Positions 40,674-55,494 of a DNA stretch of 64,000 bases are shown here, in pieces. Under the pieces are notes generated by a model, which was given only the letters and a program-made list of their open reading frames with translations, was not told the origin of the DNA and ran no database searches. Where the stretch lies: NCBI GenBank assembly GCA_964016885.1, contig OZ024754.1, positions 42,904,001 to 42,968,000 of the forward strand, in the 5' to 3' direction. The position numbers were made by a program, and so were the translations under genes. The DNA comes from Eledone cirrhosa. Taxonomy: Eukaryota. Numbering within the stretch: position 1 is the stretch's first letter; every line of letters starts with the position of its first letter.

Positions 40674-42085
40674 TTATGTTCTTACACACACACACACACA
40701 TTTATGTTCTTACACACACACACACACATGTATGTTCTTACACACACATTTATGTTCTTACACAAACATACACACACATATTTATGTTCTTACACACACA
40801 CACATTTATGTTCTTACACACACATACACACACACACACACACACATGTATGTTCTTACACACACACACACACACATATGTTCGTACATACACACAGACA
40901 CACACATGTATATACCCACACAATGCTATTGCTGCTGCACAATAATCAGAGCCCCACCCCACAAAACACTCCCCCAAACCCCCTTCACTCTTGTCCCCAC
41001 CCCATCCCCTCCCCCGCCCGTATCCCCCCTACTCCGCCACCACTGACTCAATCCTTATAGCCACTACATACCCCACACCCTTCCCCCCTATATCTCACAC
41101 TCCTCCCACTACACCACCACATCCTCCTACTCCCTCACACGCCTCCGACAAACGACTGTCAAAATAAACGGCCATACTGCAGCACTTTTAACACACGACG
41201 TCGGGCCAAAACAAACTTTCAGCCCCCCCCCCCCGCACTTCTCTTCCTCACCCTTCTCCCCTATGTTCCTCTCCCTTCCCCTCTTCCTCTCCCTTCCCCC
41301 TCTTCCTCTCCTTTTTACTCTCTGTTCGCGTCTCTGTTACTCCTTCTGTTCCTCTCCCTTCTCCCCTCTATCCCCCCCCCCTGTTCGTATCCTCTCCCTA
41401 TCCCCCTCTCTCTATGTAACTGGATAGGAACCTGCGGACAGGCTTTCAGGGAAAACCTGATATCACGTGGTTTAACCATCGCACTTAGAGCTGCCAGTGG
41501 TAACAGTGGTTATAGGGTGGTGGTGGTGGTGTTGGTGTTGGTGGTAGTAGTGGTGTTGGTGGTAGTGGTGGTGGTGATGTTGGTGGTGGTGGTGGTGGTG
41601 GTTTTGTTGGTAGTGGTGGTGGTAGTAGTGGTGGTGGTAGTGGTGGTGCTGGTGCTGGTGGTAGTGGTGGTGGTAGTGGCGGTGTTGGTGTTGGTGTTGG
41701 TGGTAGTGGTGGTGGTAGTGGTGGTGGTGTTGGTGGTGGTGTTGGTGGTAGTGGTGGTGGTAGGGTAGTGGTGGTGGTAGGGTGGTGGTGGTGGTAGTGG
41801 TGTTGGTGGTGGTAGTGGTGGTGTTGGTGGTAGGGTGGTGGTGGTAGTGGTGGTGGTGGTGGTAGTGGTGGTGTTGGTGGTGGTGGTGGTGGTGGTGTTA
41901 GTGGTAGGATGAACTATAAGAAAAAATAGCATTTCCCTTATCTAACTGATAATGACATATTCGAATATATACATATATATACAGAAACACACACATCCTC
42001 GTATCTATACATACACATCCTCATATATATATATACACATCCTCATATATATACATACACATCCTCATATATATACATACACATC

Positions 42086-42120
<35 letters not shown>

Positions 42121-42257
42121 TCACCTTTTTCCATTTCTTACAGGGTTCTAAACTCAACTCTCAGGCTAAAATGTCTTTAGTTAAAAATACGGCGGAAGCT
42201 TCTATTTCTAATTTCAATATCGCTCGCTGTTTCAAAACATACTTACTTGTCAAATAC

Positions 42258-42325
<68 letters not shown>

Positions 42326-42327
<2 letters not shown>

Positions 42328-42495
42328 CAAAGGAATTGTGGTAAGGGACCAGATGGACCATAACACACCACCAGAGTACTCAATACTTAGGGTAGTAGAG
42401 TGGGGAAATAGGAAAAAGTATGACCCCGACGGCAGAGCTCAAGCCGTTTCTTGTCCAGAAATAGCCGTCGAAATGGTTGAGCTCTGCCGTCGGGG

Positions 42496-42500
<5 letters not shown>
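42326..42500 (+). mobile_element. (TA)n-embedded element H8 with an internal inverted copy of its own 3' end
   Basis: Homologous to 47413-47553. Segment ~42408-42450 is the reverse complement of the 3' end GAAACGGCTTGAGCTCTGCCGTCGGGGTCATAC. Confidence 0.75.
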
Positions 42501-42535
<35 letters not shown>

Positions 42536-42575
42536 CAAAATATTAATAAATGAAAAATATTCTCATAACCAAAAT

Positions 42576-42644
42576 ATATATTTTATTATACATATTTCAA
42601 AGGTACAATGGTGTTTCAGTACGTTTTCATCAGATAAAATATAT
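42576..42644 (-). ncRNA. Intact type I hammerhead motif (H2-related) with an 11-bp stem I
   Basis: Minus strand: ATATATTTTAT-CTGATGA-AAACGTAC TGAAACACCATT GTACCTTT-GAA-ATATGTAT-A-ATAAAATATAT. Confidence 0.85.
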
Positions 42645-42693
42645 GAGGGATTGGATATGCGACATACCGCCAAGGTTTTGATTATTCAAATGG

Positions 42694-42744
<51 letters not shown>

Positions 42745-42751
<7 letters not shown>

Positions 42752-42997
42752 AGATGGCGTAGGGCAGAACAAAGGAGAGGCACAAAAACAAAGAAAAGAA
42801 TCCCCAGTCACTGAAGAGGTCACAGAATGTGTGACGAAAGAACTTTGACATTATATGAACAACCGTCCGGTTGTGGAACCAGCCAATCAACCGGAAATTT
42901 ATAAATTCTTAAATTTATAAATTTAATTTATAATAAATTGGGGTGAAAGCAACTGGTGCGTGTGTTTCTTATTGGCAACATGACCCTCACAAAGCAT

Positions 42998-43003
<6 letters not shown>
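42745..43003 (+). mobile_element. H3 element flanked by (TA)n on both sides
   Basis: Copy of 18951-19215. Confidence 0.85.
42807..42849 (+). ncRNA. Intact type I hammerhead motif (H3)
   Basis: GTCA-CTGAAGA-G-GTCACA GAATG TGTGAC-GAA-AGAACT-T-TGAC; perfect stems I and II. Confidence 0.88.
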
Positions 43004-43045
<42 letters not shown>

Positions 43046-43364
43046 TCATCATCATCATAATCGTTTAACGTCCATTATATATAGTATTAGAAAGATATAG
43101 ACATTTTCCCTTCATCAGGCTTATAGACATTATATTACTGGTATTTATTCTATTAAGCTTAGTGTTCTTCGTAATGGTGTTGTTGTTGGTGGTGGTGTTG
43201 GTGTCAACTAGCTGTGGTTGTAGTGGTGGTGGTGTAAGTGTTGAAAATGGTGGGGGTTAGTGTCATCTAGCTATGCTTGTAGTGGTGTTGGTGTTGGTGT
43301 CATCTAACTGTGGTTATAGTGTTGGTGAGGTGTTGGTATTGATGGCGGTATTGATGGTGATGGT

Positions 43365-43780
43365 GGTGTTGGTGTTGTTGGCTGTAGTTGTAAAGATGGT
43401 GGTGTTGTTGGCTGTAGTTGTAAAGATGGTGGTGTTGTTGGCTGTAGTTGTAAAGATGGTGGTGTTGTTGGCTGTAGTTGTAAAGATGGTGGTGTTGGTG
43501 TTGTTGGCTGTAGTTGTAAAGATGGTGGTGTTGTTGGCTGTAGTTGTAAAGATGGTGGTGTTGGTGTTGTTGGCTGTAGTTGTAAAGATGGTGGTGTTGG
43601 TGTTGTTGGCTGTAGTTGTAAAGATGGTGGTGTTGTTGGCTGTAGTTGTAAAGATGGTGGTGTTGGTGTTGTTGGCTGTAGTTGTAAAGATGGTGGTGTT
43701 GGTGTTGTTGGCTGTAGTTGTAAAGATGGTGGTGTTGTTGGCTGTAGTTGTAAAGATGGTGGTGTTGGTGTTGTTGGCTG
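43365..43780. repeat. 30/36-bp minisatellite GATGGTGGTGTTG(GTGTTG)TTGGCTGTAGTTGTAAA
   Basis: About 13 tandem copies. Confidence 0.95.
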
Positions 43781-43974
43781 TTCGTTGTTGATGCAGCTGT
43801 CTTAAATGAAGCAGAATGTGAAGTATGCTTGTAAGATTTGACGGCTGACGTAGTGAAGGTGATGTGAAGGTGTTGAAACTAGGCGTGGAGTATCAGTAGT
43901 GAGTGAGCTAAGGTGTTGATGACAGTGTTGGCATTGTTACAGCTGCTCTGTTTAGTGGATAATCTGACACGGAC

Positions 43975-44700
43975 AACGGTGCAACATAACCACAAGGAAC
44001 TGCAGAGTGCATCATGTCACATTTGGTGTTAAATACACGAATATCGGTGCAACATAACCATGTTAAATTTGGTGACAAATACACGGATATGGGTGCAACA
44101 TAACCACAAGGAATTGCAGAGAGTATGGTGTCACAGCGGTGCAACATAACCACAAGGAAATGCAGAGAGTATGGTGTCACAACGGTGCAACATAACCACA
44201 AGGAATTGCAGAGAGTATGGTGTCACAGCGGTGCAACATAACCACAAGGAAATGCAGAGAGTATGGTGTCACAACGGTGCAACATAACCACAAGGAATTG
44301 CAGAGAGTATGGTGTCACAACGGTGCAACATAACCACAAGGAACTGCAGAGAGTATGGTGTCACAGCGGTGCAACATAACCACAAGGAGTTGCAGAGAGT
44401 ATGGTGTCACAACGGTGCAACATAACCACAAGGAACTGCAGAGAGTATGGTGTCACAGCGGTGCAACATAACCACAAGGAGTTGCAGAGAGTATGGTGTC
44501 ACAGCGGTGCAATATAACCACAAGGAGTTGCAGAGAGTATGGTGTCACAACGGTGCAACATAACCACAAGGAGTTGCAGAGAGTATGGTGTCACAACGGT
44601 GCAACATAACCACAAAGAGTTGCAGAGAGTATGGTGTCACAGCGGTGCAACATAACCACAAGGAACTGCAGAGTGCATCATGTCACATTTGGTGTTAAAT
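43975..44700. repeat. 46-bp minisatellite CGGTGCAACATAACCACAAGGAATTGCAGAGAGTATGGTGTCACA(A/G)
   Basis: About 13 copies, bracketed by the duplicated GAGTGCATCATGTCACATTTGGTGTTAAAT. Confidence 0.95.
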
Positions 44701-44957
44701 AAATTTTACAAGTGAGACGTCAAATATGATATTTACGACAACGATGATGATAACGATGATGATGATGGTGCTGTTGCTGCTGATGATGGTAGGGATGGTG
44801 ATGAGGATGGTATTAAGTTATGATGATGATTTGTTTGACCCTAGGCCTGACATGATTACGGAGACCTACACAAAAAGGTGATCCCTCCGTGATTATTCAC
44901 ATTCATTTAATCCCCCCCCCCTCTCTCTCTCTCTCTATACATATATATATATATATT

Positions 44958-45165
44958 GTTATACTTTGGGAGGGTCATGCTGCAATAAGAACACACGCAC
45001 CTGTTGCTTTCAACTCCAGTTTATTATAAGTTTCCGGTTGGTTGGTTTGATAACCGGAAGATTGTTTATATATTGTCAATGCTCTTTCGTCACACATTCT
45101 GTAACCTTCTCAGTGACTAGGTTTTTATTTTGTGTCTCTCCTTTGTTCTGTCCTACACCATCTTG
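44958..45165 (-). mobile_element. Diverged H3 element; hammerhead at 45075-45117 degenerate
   Basis: The reverse complement matches 42745-43003; the core is altered to CTGAGAA and GAAAGAGCAT. Confidence 0.75.
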
Positions 45166-45960
45166 AAAAGCCAGAAAAAACATACACACACATACACACG
45201 TAGATACAAAACATACACACATACATACACACATAAATACAAACATACACATTCACATACATGCATATACAAGTACATACACACGCACATACGTACATAG
45301 ACACGCATATACGTGCGCATACATACATGCACACCTACACATACGCATTCACATACATACACACGCAAATACACACGCAAATATATACACACGCACATAC
45401 ACACATACATACATACACACGCACATACATACATACATACACACGCACATACATACATACACACGCACATGCATACATATACATACATACATACACACGC
45501 ACATAAACATATATATACATGCATATACACGCACATTCATACACATACATACATACACACGCACACACACGCATACACACACACATACATACATATGCAT
45601 ACATACACACGCACATATATACATATACATACATACACACGCACATACACACACACATACATACAAACACACGCACATACAGACACACATACATACAGGC
45701 CCATATACGCTAAAACAAAATTCAAACAATGGTTTTCAAAGGGGAGTGGAGGGTCCCATATTTAAAAAAAAGGGGCACAAAACAACATAAAAACAAATAA
45801 AGCTAAGAAGAAAGGGACCCCTTTTACTGGGTGATATTGGATACCTTGGTAACTTGATCTCAGAGTACTGGTGGAAGAATTGATGGGGTCCATTGTAGCG
45901 TCGGTCTGTCTGTCTGTTTGTCTGTCTGTCTTACTGGCTGGCTTCAGATGGGAGAAACAA

Positions 45961-46023
<63 letters not shown>

Positions 46024-46144
46024 AATTATAGAAAGTGGCAGTAAAGGAGAGAGAGAGAGAGAGAGGGAGGGAGAGAGAGAGAGAAAGAGAGAGAGAGAAA
46101 GCGAGAGAGAGAGAGAGAGGAGAAATTATAGAAAGTGGCAGTAA

Positions 46145-46182
<38 letters not shown>

Positions 46183-46238
46183 AAGTGAGAGAAAGAGAGA
46201 GGGAGGTAGGGGGAGAGAGAGGAGGGGAAGATATATAA

Positions 46239-46285
<47 letters not shown>

Positions 46286-46309
46286 CATATGTGTGTGTGT
46301 GTGCTTGTG

Positions 46310-46362
<53 letters not shown>

Positions 46363-46540
46363 ATATATATATTGATATATATATTGATATATATATCTGT
46401 TCGGGTCGTTGGCGACTAAACTGGGAACCCCACGAAGCTTGTTGGGAGACGAGGGTGATTTCGGACACCCTGCGGGATGAGAAACAAAATCCGACAATGG
46501 GCGGAGAGACTCAGGAAAATCAATGGGCATCCAATAAAGT

Positions 46541-46666
<126 letters not shown>

Positions 46667-46705
46667 ACAGGAGGCTGGACTGGTGTAATTCCTTAAAGGT
46701 TTATT

Positions 46706-46763
46706 ATACTATGATCATTTCAATGACCGAGTTCAGTATGAATCTGGTGACATCATCAGGTAT
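46706..46763 (-). ncRNA. Intact type I hammerhead motif (H9) in a (TA)n island 46661-46850
   Basis: Minus strand: ATAC-CTGATGA-TGTCACCAGATTCA TAC TGAACTCGGTCATT-GAA-ATGATCAT-A-GTAT-AATAAA. Confidence 0.85.
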
Positions 46764-46846
46764 TCGAAATTTAACAAAGGGGGTGAAAAGGCAGATAGAC
46801 AAGAAGGCGGCCACACATTTAGCAGTTTCTAGTTAGGTCGGCCGCC

Positions 46847-46935
<89 letters not shown>

Positions 46936-47271
46936 ATATATATATATATATATAAAATAAAATATAAAATATTTTATATTTTATATTTTATCTTGACTCT
47001 GTATTCCGTTTATCTTTCACCGAAAGTGATTTTTGAATGCATCTCTTCTTTCCATGATATCCGGATTACATTGAGTTCTTCATACGGATTGGACACTACC
47101 GTAAACTCTTAGTAGATTTATCTACATATATATATATATATATATATATTTTTTTATCATGCTTTTATTTTTATTTTTATTTTCATTTCCACCGTTTCCT
47201 CCCACCCTCTTTTTGCTATATGTCTCTCCACCACTCCCCTACACACCCTTTGAACTCTCTTCCCACACACT

Positions 47272-47341
47272 TTTCACCTGAAGAAGGGCTTATGCCCGAA
47301 ACGTCGTTCCCAACCACCACCCCACTCTCAAGAGCGTGAAA
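47272..47341 (+). ncRNA. Penelope-type hammerhead with stem I' displaced by a ~30-nt insert
   Basis: TTTCAC-CTGAAGA-A-GGGC TTAT GCCC-GAA-ACGT-C-[GTTCCCAACCACCACCCCACTCTCAAGAGC]-GTGAAA-TTAATAAA. Confidence 0.75.
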
Positions 47342-47412
47342 TTAATAAACATTCGTTGTACTGCCTCTCTGTTTTGTTCCTGTTAAAATTTTCCATTATA
47401 TATATATATATA

Positions 47413-47659
<247 letters not shown>

Positions 47660-47956
47660 ATATATATATATATTTATATATATATAATATATATATGTAA
47701 TGGTGTGTGCGTGTGTGTGGGTCTGTGTGTTTGTGTAAGTACTTCTCGTGTTAATTTCTGTCTGTATTTTCATGTCTGTGTGTCTATTATTACGCTTCTT
47801 TTTGTAGTAGTAGTAGTAGTAGTAGTAGTAGTTGTTGTTGTTGTTGTTGTTGTTAATGTCGAAGCTTGCAAAGGTTCTTATCGTTATATTTCCCTGTCAG
47901 TACACCAGCTCAATTTTATGGATAATTTCAGTTTTCTAAAATAATTCATACATGCA

Positions 47957-48107
<151 letters not shown>

Positions 48108-48441
48108 CAGTATATATTCCCTCGCATATCACATATCTCTCTATGTCTGTGTATAGTTAGTTCGTTTGGTCTTCCCATGATGAAATTACTTTTTATGTAG
48201 CGTCTTTCAAAACATTCGTTCCATAACCACAGCTTGCCTCTACTTTAAATTACTGGGAGTTGGAGGCAGATTTAATGCTTGGAAGATTAAAATGAAATAA
48301 CAAGAAAACCTGAGTAGGTTCAAATGTACGATGAGAGGAAAATAATATTCGTGAAATTACTAATCCTTCTATCCTTCTATCCCACTCTCTTTCTTTTTTT
48401 TTTCTATAGTTTGTTTTCAACAAGTAAATGATACCAAGTCG

Positions 48442-48472
48442 GACATGTTTCAGACTTATTGAGCATCATCAG
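48442..48472 (-). ncRNA. Hammerhead core without a recognisable stem I (degenerate)
   Basis: Minus strand: CTGATGA-TGCTCAATAAGTCT-GAA-ACATGT-C; palindromic stem III. Confidence 0.45.
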
Positions 48473-48627
48473 TACAAAGTATGGCGTCGCTGTATATTGA
48501 GGAAGTGTTACTGCACGAATTGTTATATAAATAGTCATAAAACTGTCTGCACATGTAAAGAGAATTCATTTTATTTTTTTTTAATTTTTAGTCTAAGCAT
48601 CGATGTATATGTATATATATATGTATG

Positions 48628-48712
<85 letters not shown>

Positions 48713-48720
48713 CAGATTAA

Positions 48721-48771
48721 AGTTTAAGCAAAGAATCGGTGCTTTCACCCTTAACGGGATCTTCTGAAACT
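48721..48771 (-). ncRNA. Hammerhead-fold motif with variant core CAGAAGA (U4A), family H5
   Basis: Minus strand: AGTTT-CAGAAGA-TCCC GTTAA GGGT-GAA-AGCA CCGATTCTT TGCT-T-AAACT. All three stems form; the same variant core is at 21767 (+). Confidence 0.7.
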
Positions 48772-48793
48772 GTATATATGTATGTCTATGTAA

Positions 48794-48901
<108 letters not shown>

Positions 48902-50141
48902 ATATATATATATATGATATATATATATATATATATATATATAGATATGATATATATATATATATGATATATATAAGATCTGAAGATATAGATCGAGCAC
49001 TGATTAAGAAACAAAGAAAGATTACTAACGATCTTACTTAGCGCAAATCTCTTCTTTGTTTCCGGGTGCCTCGAAGTCCTTGAAAAAACATCGTGGTTGC
49101 AGCGATTTCTTCTCTTGTTAAAACATGAAAAAGATCTTACACCTGAATAATTGAAGTACTAATAATGCTTCTACTTTCGGCACAAGGCCAGTAATTACTC
49201 CAGTGTATTACTGGTAGGGAGGGAAGAGCAGCGACCATGATTCTTATTTTCTGAACATTTAGACGTGAATCTATACGCATAAAAAACTAAACTTAAGGTA
49301 ATGCCGGGCTAAGTCAAGTTGTTTGTGTATATACAGACACACATAAACATATATATATGTATATAGCTACACACATACACACACACAGACAGACAGATAG
49401 ACAGACACACACACACACATATATATATATATGATACGTTGGTTATAGCTGTATGCGTACCAGGTTGTTCCGTTTTTAAATTGTAGGGTTATAATTGCAA
49501 TTTAAATTCAATGAACATCCGCTAATTTAAAGCCAATACATTTGGACAACTGTCCCAAATGTGCAATCGAATCCCATTAGGGTTTCATAAATTTCCTGTT
49601 GTTTGCGCAATTCTCTCTGACATACTCCACATTTGAAGCCATTCGCCAGCATGGTCATAGTCTAATAAACTACACTCGTAAAAATATATTTTGAAATAAG
49701 TCTATATATCCTGATATGCTGTGTAAATTAATTAATCATATAAAATTAAATTTATTTGAAAGTCTAGGCCTATTTTATACATCCTCTTACAGTTGGGTTA
49801 CGAATCACAATTCTATACATTTAAATATATAATTTCCATATGTTTATATATATATATATATATATATATATGAGGAGTAATCTTGAGACAGAGGGATGGT
49901 CCTAAATACTGAAGACAGTAAAGGACCAAGTGCTGATGTAAAATGGGACGATGGATAAAGTCTGCCCAAATCCCGGCGAGGTTAACACCCAGTAGACTCT
50001 CGCATGGCGGGTGGTACAACATCAATCAAAGAATCGCCTACACTATATCTGTGGAAATATTTATTATATTATATTTATTTATTAATTCATTTATTTATTA
50101 ACAGAACTATAATACCCTATGTTGAAACGATAATTTAGAGC

Positions 50142-50332
50142 AGGTAGTGTATTGGCAGTATCTGTAGAAGGTCGGATGCCATGCTTTGCAGCATAGAGTT
50201 ACGGCCCTTTATGGTCTGAGTTCAAATGCCGCCGAGGTTAACTTTGCCTTTCATCCTTACGGTGTCGATAAAATAAAGTACCAGTAATGCACTGGGATAA
50301 TCGCTGGCCTTGTGCCAAAAGTAGAAACAATT
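50142..50332 (+). mobile_element. Full-length SINE S1
   Basis: Matches the S1 consensus from ATTGGCAGTATC to GTAGAAACAATT. Confidence 0.87.
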
Positions 50333-50505
50333 CAATAAAACCTGTAGTACATTCAAGAGTTTCCAACAAAGAGCAAAAGGATGGTCATCTAAAAAAACAA
50401 CAAAAAAACATGGCGTTATGAGGCTGTTTGCTTGCAAATGAATCGAATACATTTACGTATCCGCTATGTTGGAGCGAAAAAACAAATTCTAATTTTATAT
50501 ACATA

Positions 50506-50598
<93 letters not shown>

Positions 50599-50805
50599 TT
50601 GAGTATGTGTATGCATAGGTATATATATATATATACACATACATAGATAGATACATACATGTGGTGCTTAATTTTGCAGCTAAAACAATATCCATACGGT
50701 CGTAATGAAATTGTCACAAGAAATCATATATATATATATATATATATGTACATATATATATATGTACATATATATATGTACATATATATATATGTATGTA
50801 CATAC

Positions 50806-50838
<33 letters not shown>

Positions 50839-50875
50839 CATACATATACACATATATATATATATATATACATAC

Positions 50876-50922
<47 letters not shown>

Positions 50923-50937
50923 CATATATATGTATAT

Positions 50938-51002
<65 letters not shown>

Positions 51003-51011
51003 TATGTATAT

Positions 51012-51083
<72 letters not shown>

Positions 51084-51095
51084 ATACAGTATATA

Positions 51096-51141
<46 letters not shown>

Positions 51142-51226
51142 ATACAGTATATATATATATATAAATAGGAACCAGTAAGACCCCGACAGCTGAGCTCAAG
51201 CCGTTTCGACGGCTAATTCTGGACTG

Positions 51227-51334
<108 letters not shown>

Positions 51335-51699
51335 GTGTATATACATACATATTATATAAGTTGAAAATATTTAGCATGGGCAATAATACACACACGCACA
51401 CACCATACACTGGCATATACACACACACACATATATATACCCTATATATATATATATATATACACACATAGGAAGCCATAGTTTATCCGTCATTTCCCTC
51501 TTTTTCTCGTTTCGTGTTTTATTGAAAACACTGAGTTGATGCAAAAACCATCATGGCGGTTTCCTAGCAGCCATATTTTCCTGTGGGATAACTCCTATTT
51601 ATGTTTACCCTTTACATTCCCTCCCACGTTTTCCCGTCTCGTCTAGTCACGTGACAATGAAGATGATAAAGAAGAGAAGGTACAATGTGTAAATAAAGG

Positions 51700-51753
<54 letters not shown>

Positions 51754-51775
51754 TTATATATATACATATATATAT

Positions 51776-51806
<31 letters not shown>

Positions 51807-52092
51807 CATATATATATACATATACATATATATATACATATACATACATATATACATACATATATATATATATACATATATATATACATATATATATATG
51901 TGTGTGTGTATGTGTGTATCTGTGTGTGTGCATACGCATACAAACACGCACACACATATATATATATATACATATATATTTATAAATATATATATATATA
52001 TGTGTGTGTGTGTTGGTATGCGTATGCACACACACAGATACACACACACATATATACATGTATGTATATATATACATGTATATATGTATATG

Positions 52093-52155
<63 letters not shown>

Positions 52156-52259
52156 ATATGTATATATATATATATATATATATACATATATATATTTATA
52201 TATATATGCAGAGAGAGAGATAAAGAGACAGATTGATTAAGGAATGGATGGATACATAT

Positions 52260-52360
<101 letters not shown>

Positions 52361-52520
52361 TAGGGGGAGGGGAGGGAGGGAAATAAATACTTTTGAAGGC
52401 GAAATTCTTGGTATGAAAATATTTTGCACATCTTGTAATTCCATCAAATGTTGCAGACGTTCGGTATTGGGAGTTTAATTTTCATATTTTGACAGACCGA
52501 TGCATGTAGATAGAAATACA

Positions 52521-53322
52521 GTGGTGGTGGTGGTGGTGGTGGTGGTGGTGGTGGTGGTGGTGGTGGTATAGTGGTGGTGGAGGTGGTGGTGGTGGTATAG
52601 TGGTGGTGGTGGTGGTGGTGGTGGTGGTGGTATAGTGGTGGTGGTGGTATGGTGGTGGTGGTGGTGGTGGTGGTATAGTGGTGGTGGAGGTGGTGGTGGT
52701 GGTATAGTGGTGGTGGTGGTGGTGGTGGTGGTGGTGGTATAGTGGTGGTGGAGGTGGTGGTATAGTGGTGGTGGAGGTGGTGGTAGTGGTGGTGGTGGTG
52801 GTATAGTGGTGGTGGTGGTGGTGGTATAGTGGTGGTGGAGGTGGTGGTAGTGGTGGTGGTGGTGGTGGTATAGTGGTGGTGGTGGTGGTGGTGGTATAGT
52901 GGTGGTGGTGGTGGTGGTAGTGGTGGTGGTGGTGGTATAGTGGTGGTGGTGGTGTTGGTAGTGGTGGTAGTGGTGGTGATGGTGTTGGTATAGTGGTGGT
53001 GTTGGTGGTGGTTGTGGTATAGTGGGGGTGGTGGTGGTGGTGGTGGTGGTGGTGGTGGTATAGTGGGGGTGGTGGTGGTGGTGGTGGTGGTGGTGGTGGT
53101 ATAGTGGTGGTGATGGTGTTGGTATAGTGGTGGTGGTGGTGGTGGTGGCGGTGGTGGTAGGTGGTGGTGATGGTGTTGGTATAGTGGTGGTGGTGGCGGT
53201 GGTGGTGGCGGTGGTAGTGGTGGTGGCGGCTGTGGCGGTAGTGGTGGCGGTGGTGGTGGTGGTGGTGATGGTGGTGGTATAGTGGTGGAGGTGGTGGTAT
53301 AGTGGTGGTGGTGGTGGTGGCT
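52521..53322. repeat. (GGT)n with TATA interruptions
   Basis: Visible repeat. Confidence 0.93.
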
Positions 53323-53396
53323 ATGGTGTTTGAAAAGAAACTACTCAAAGAGATTACGTAGTTACATGCATAGTCACACACGTATGCACATGTAGG

Positions 53397-53535
<139 letters not shown>

Positions 53536-53594
53536 CGTGTATGTGTGTAAACAACATTTATATATACACACACGTATATGCATAAACATACACA

Positions 53595-53638
<44 letters not shown>

Positions 53639-53756
53639 TATATGTATATATATACATGGTGACATGAATTCAGCTTGTGGAGGGTAAATGTGGTGAATCG
53701 TGGCGTATTCCTTTTTCTTTAAATATTAATGTACCGGAAGAAATATTTGAGCAACG

Positions 53757-53920
53757 AGCAAGAGTTACATCTATATTACGATAGTACCAACATCATCTTC
53801 CCTCATCAATAGTACTGGGTATAGAAATATCACCAGGGGGCAAGAGTTATGTCTATATTACGATAGTACCAACATCATCTGCCCTCATCAATAGTACTGG
53901 GTATAGAAATATCCCCAGGG
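53757..53920. repeat. ~82-bp tandem duplication
   Basis: GCAAGAGTTA..TCTATATTACGATAGTACCAACATCATCT.CCCTCATCAATAGTACTGGGTATAGAAATATC.CCAGGGG occurs twice. Confidence 0.9.
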
Positions 53921-54254
53921 GTGGGGACAAGGAAAGCTGGTGCTAATAATTCAACAATAGACGTACACATTAGGTCGTCAAGTATGGAATTTGTAGAAAA
54001 ATACAAAGTTTGTTAATGTTCCTACAAATTTCATACTTGACAACCCAATATATATATAAACTTTCTCTCTCTCTCACACACACACAAACACACACATATA
54101 TATATATATATACACATACCTATATATATATATATACACAAAGGGAGAGGAAGTGTGTGAGAGGGATGGTAAATTGGTGGGCATCCAGCTAGTAGTGTAG
54201 GTGTTGTACTAATATTCATGTAACTACTTATATATATATATATATATATATATA

Positions 54255-54300
54255 CGGTATATATGAATTTATGTATACACATACATATACAAATATACAA

Positions 54301-54348
<48 letters not shown>

Positions 54349-54391
54349 TATATATGAATTTATGTATACACATACATATACAAATATACAA

Positions 54392-54467
<76 letters not shown>

Positions 54468-54508
54468 TATATGAATTTATGTATACACATACATATACAA
54501 ATATACAA

Positions 54509-54550
<42 letters not shown>

Positions 54551-54593
54551 TATATATGAATTTATGTATACACATACATATACAAATATACAA

Positions 54594-54633
<40 letters not shown>

Positions 54634-54749
54634 TATATGAATTTATGTATACACATACATATACAAATATACAAGCATATATATATATATATATATATAT
54701 ATACAGCATATATGAATTTATGTATACACATACATATACAAATATACAA

Positions 54750-54787
<38 letters not shown>

Positions 54788-54828
54788 TATCTGAATTTAT
54801 GTATACACATACATATACAAATATACAA

Positions 54829-54864
<36 letters not shown>

Positions 54865-54978
54865 TATATATGAATTTATGTATACACATACATATACAAA
54901 TATACAAGCATATATATATATATATATATATACAGTATATATGAATTTATGTATACACATACATATACAAATATACAA

Positions 54979-55030
<52 letters not shown>

Positions 55031-55070
55031 TATCTGAATTTATGTATACACATACATATACAAGCATATA
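54255..55070. repeat. Compound minisatellite GAATTTATGTATACACATACATATACAAATATACAAGC plus (AT)n, ~10 units
   Basis: Constant core with variable (AT)n. Confidence 0.95.
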
Positions 55071-55086
55071 TATATATATACATATA

Positions 55087-55127
<41 letters not shown>

Positions 55128-55494
55128 AGAATTATTAGTGACAAGAGATAGTTATTCTGATAATACACCTGTGTTATGTTACAACAATACACTTTTTTCG
55201 ATCGAGAATTTTTAAGATGTAATTCTTAAAATATTTTCATTATCTTCCAAAGCTGGCATAACTCTCGTTTCTAGTCTTTGTTCTTTGAAGGAAATAATAA
55301 AAGAAAGGAATGGAGTCGATTGTCAGATGAGACGACTCTGGTATCTATCAGATAGGACGACCCTAGTACCGATGTATCTATTAATCTATCTACTTCTGTT
55401 ACTATATATCAGTCGTAACTAATGGTAGAAAGAAATTAACAGAAGTGCTGAGACATTAAACTTGTCAATGTCTGAAGCTGCAGGTGGTAGTATA

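Noticed and set aside
43095-43125. Minus-strand CTGATGAAGGGAAA
   Set aside because: No room for stem II and no stem I pairing.
43975-44700. CRISPR-like appearance of the 46-bp, 36-bp and 24-bp arrays
   Set aside because: The units are directly tandem with no unique spacers, there are no cas genes, and the context is eukaryotic.
48974-49040. CTGAAGA...GAAAGAT...ATCTT candidate (also CUGANGA matches near 31725, 38570, 49908, 57030 and 57094)
   Set aside because: Stems are inconsistent or GAAA is missing; compatible with chance matches.
49455-49660. Short CxxC-containing minus-strand frame (MLANGFKCGVCQREL), a possible transposase relic
   Set aside because: Too short and interrupted to assign without a homology search.
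53757-53920. Tandem 82-bp unit as a retrozyme dimer
   Set aside because: The minus strand has only CAGATGA...GTAA with poor stems, so the core is not convincing.
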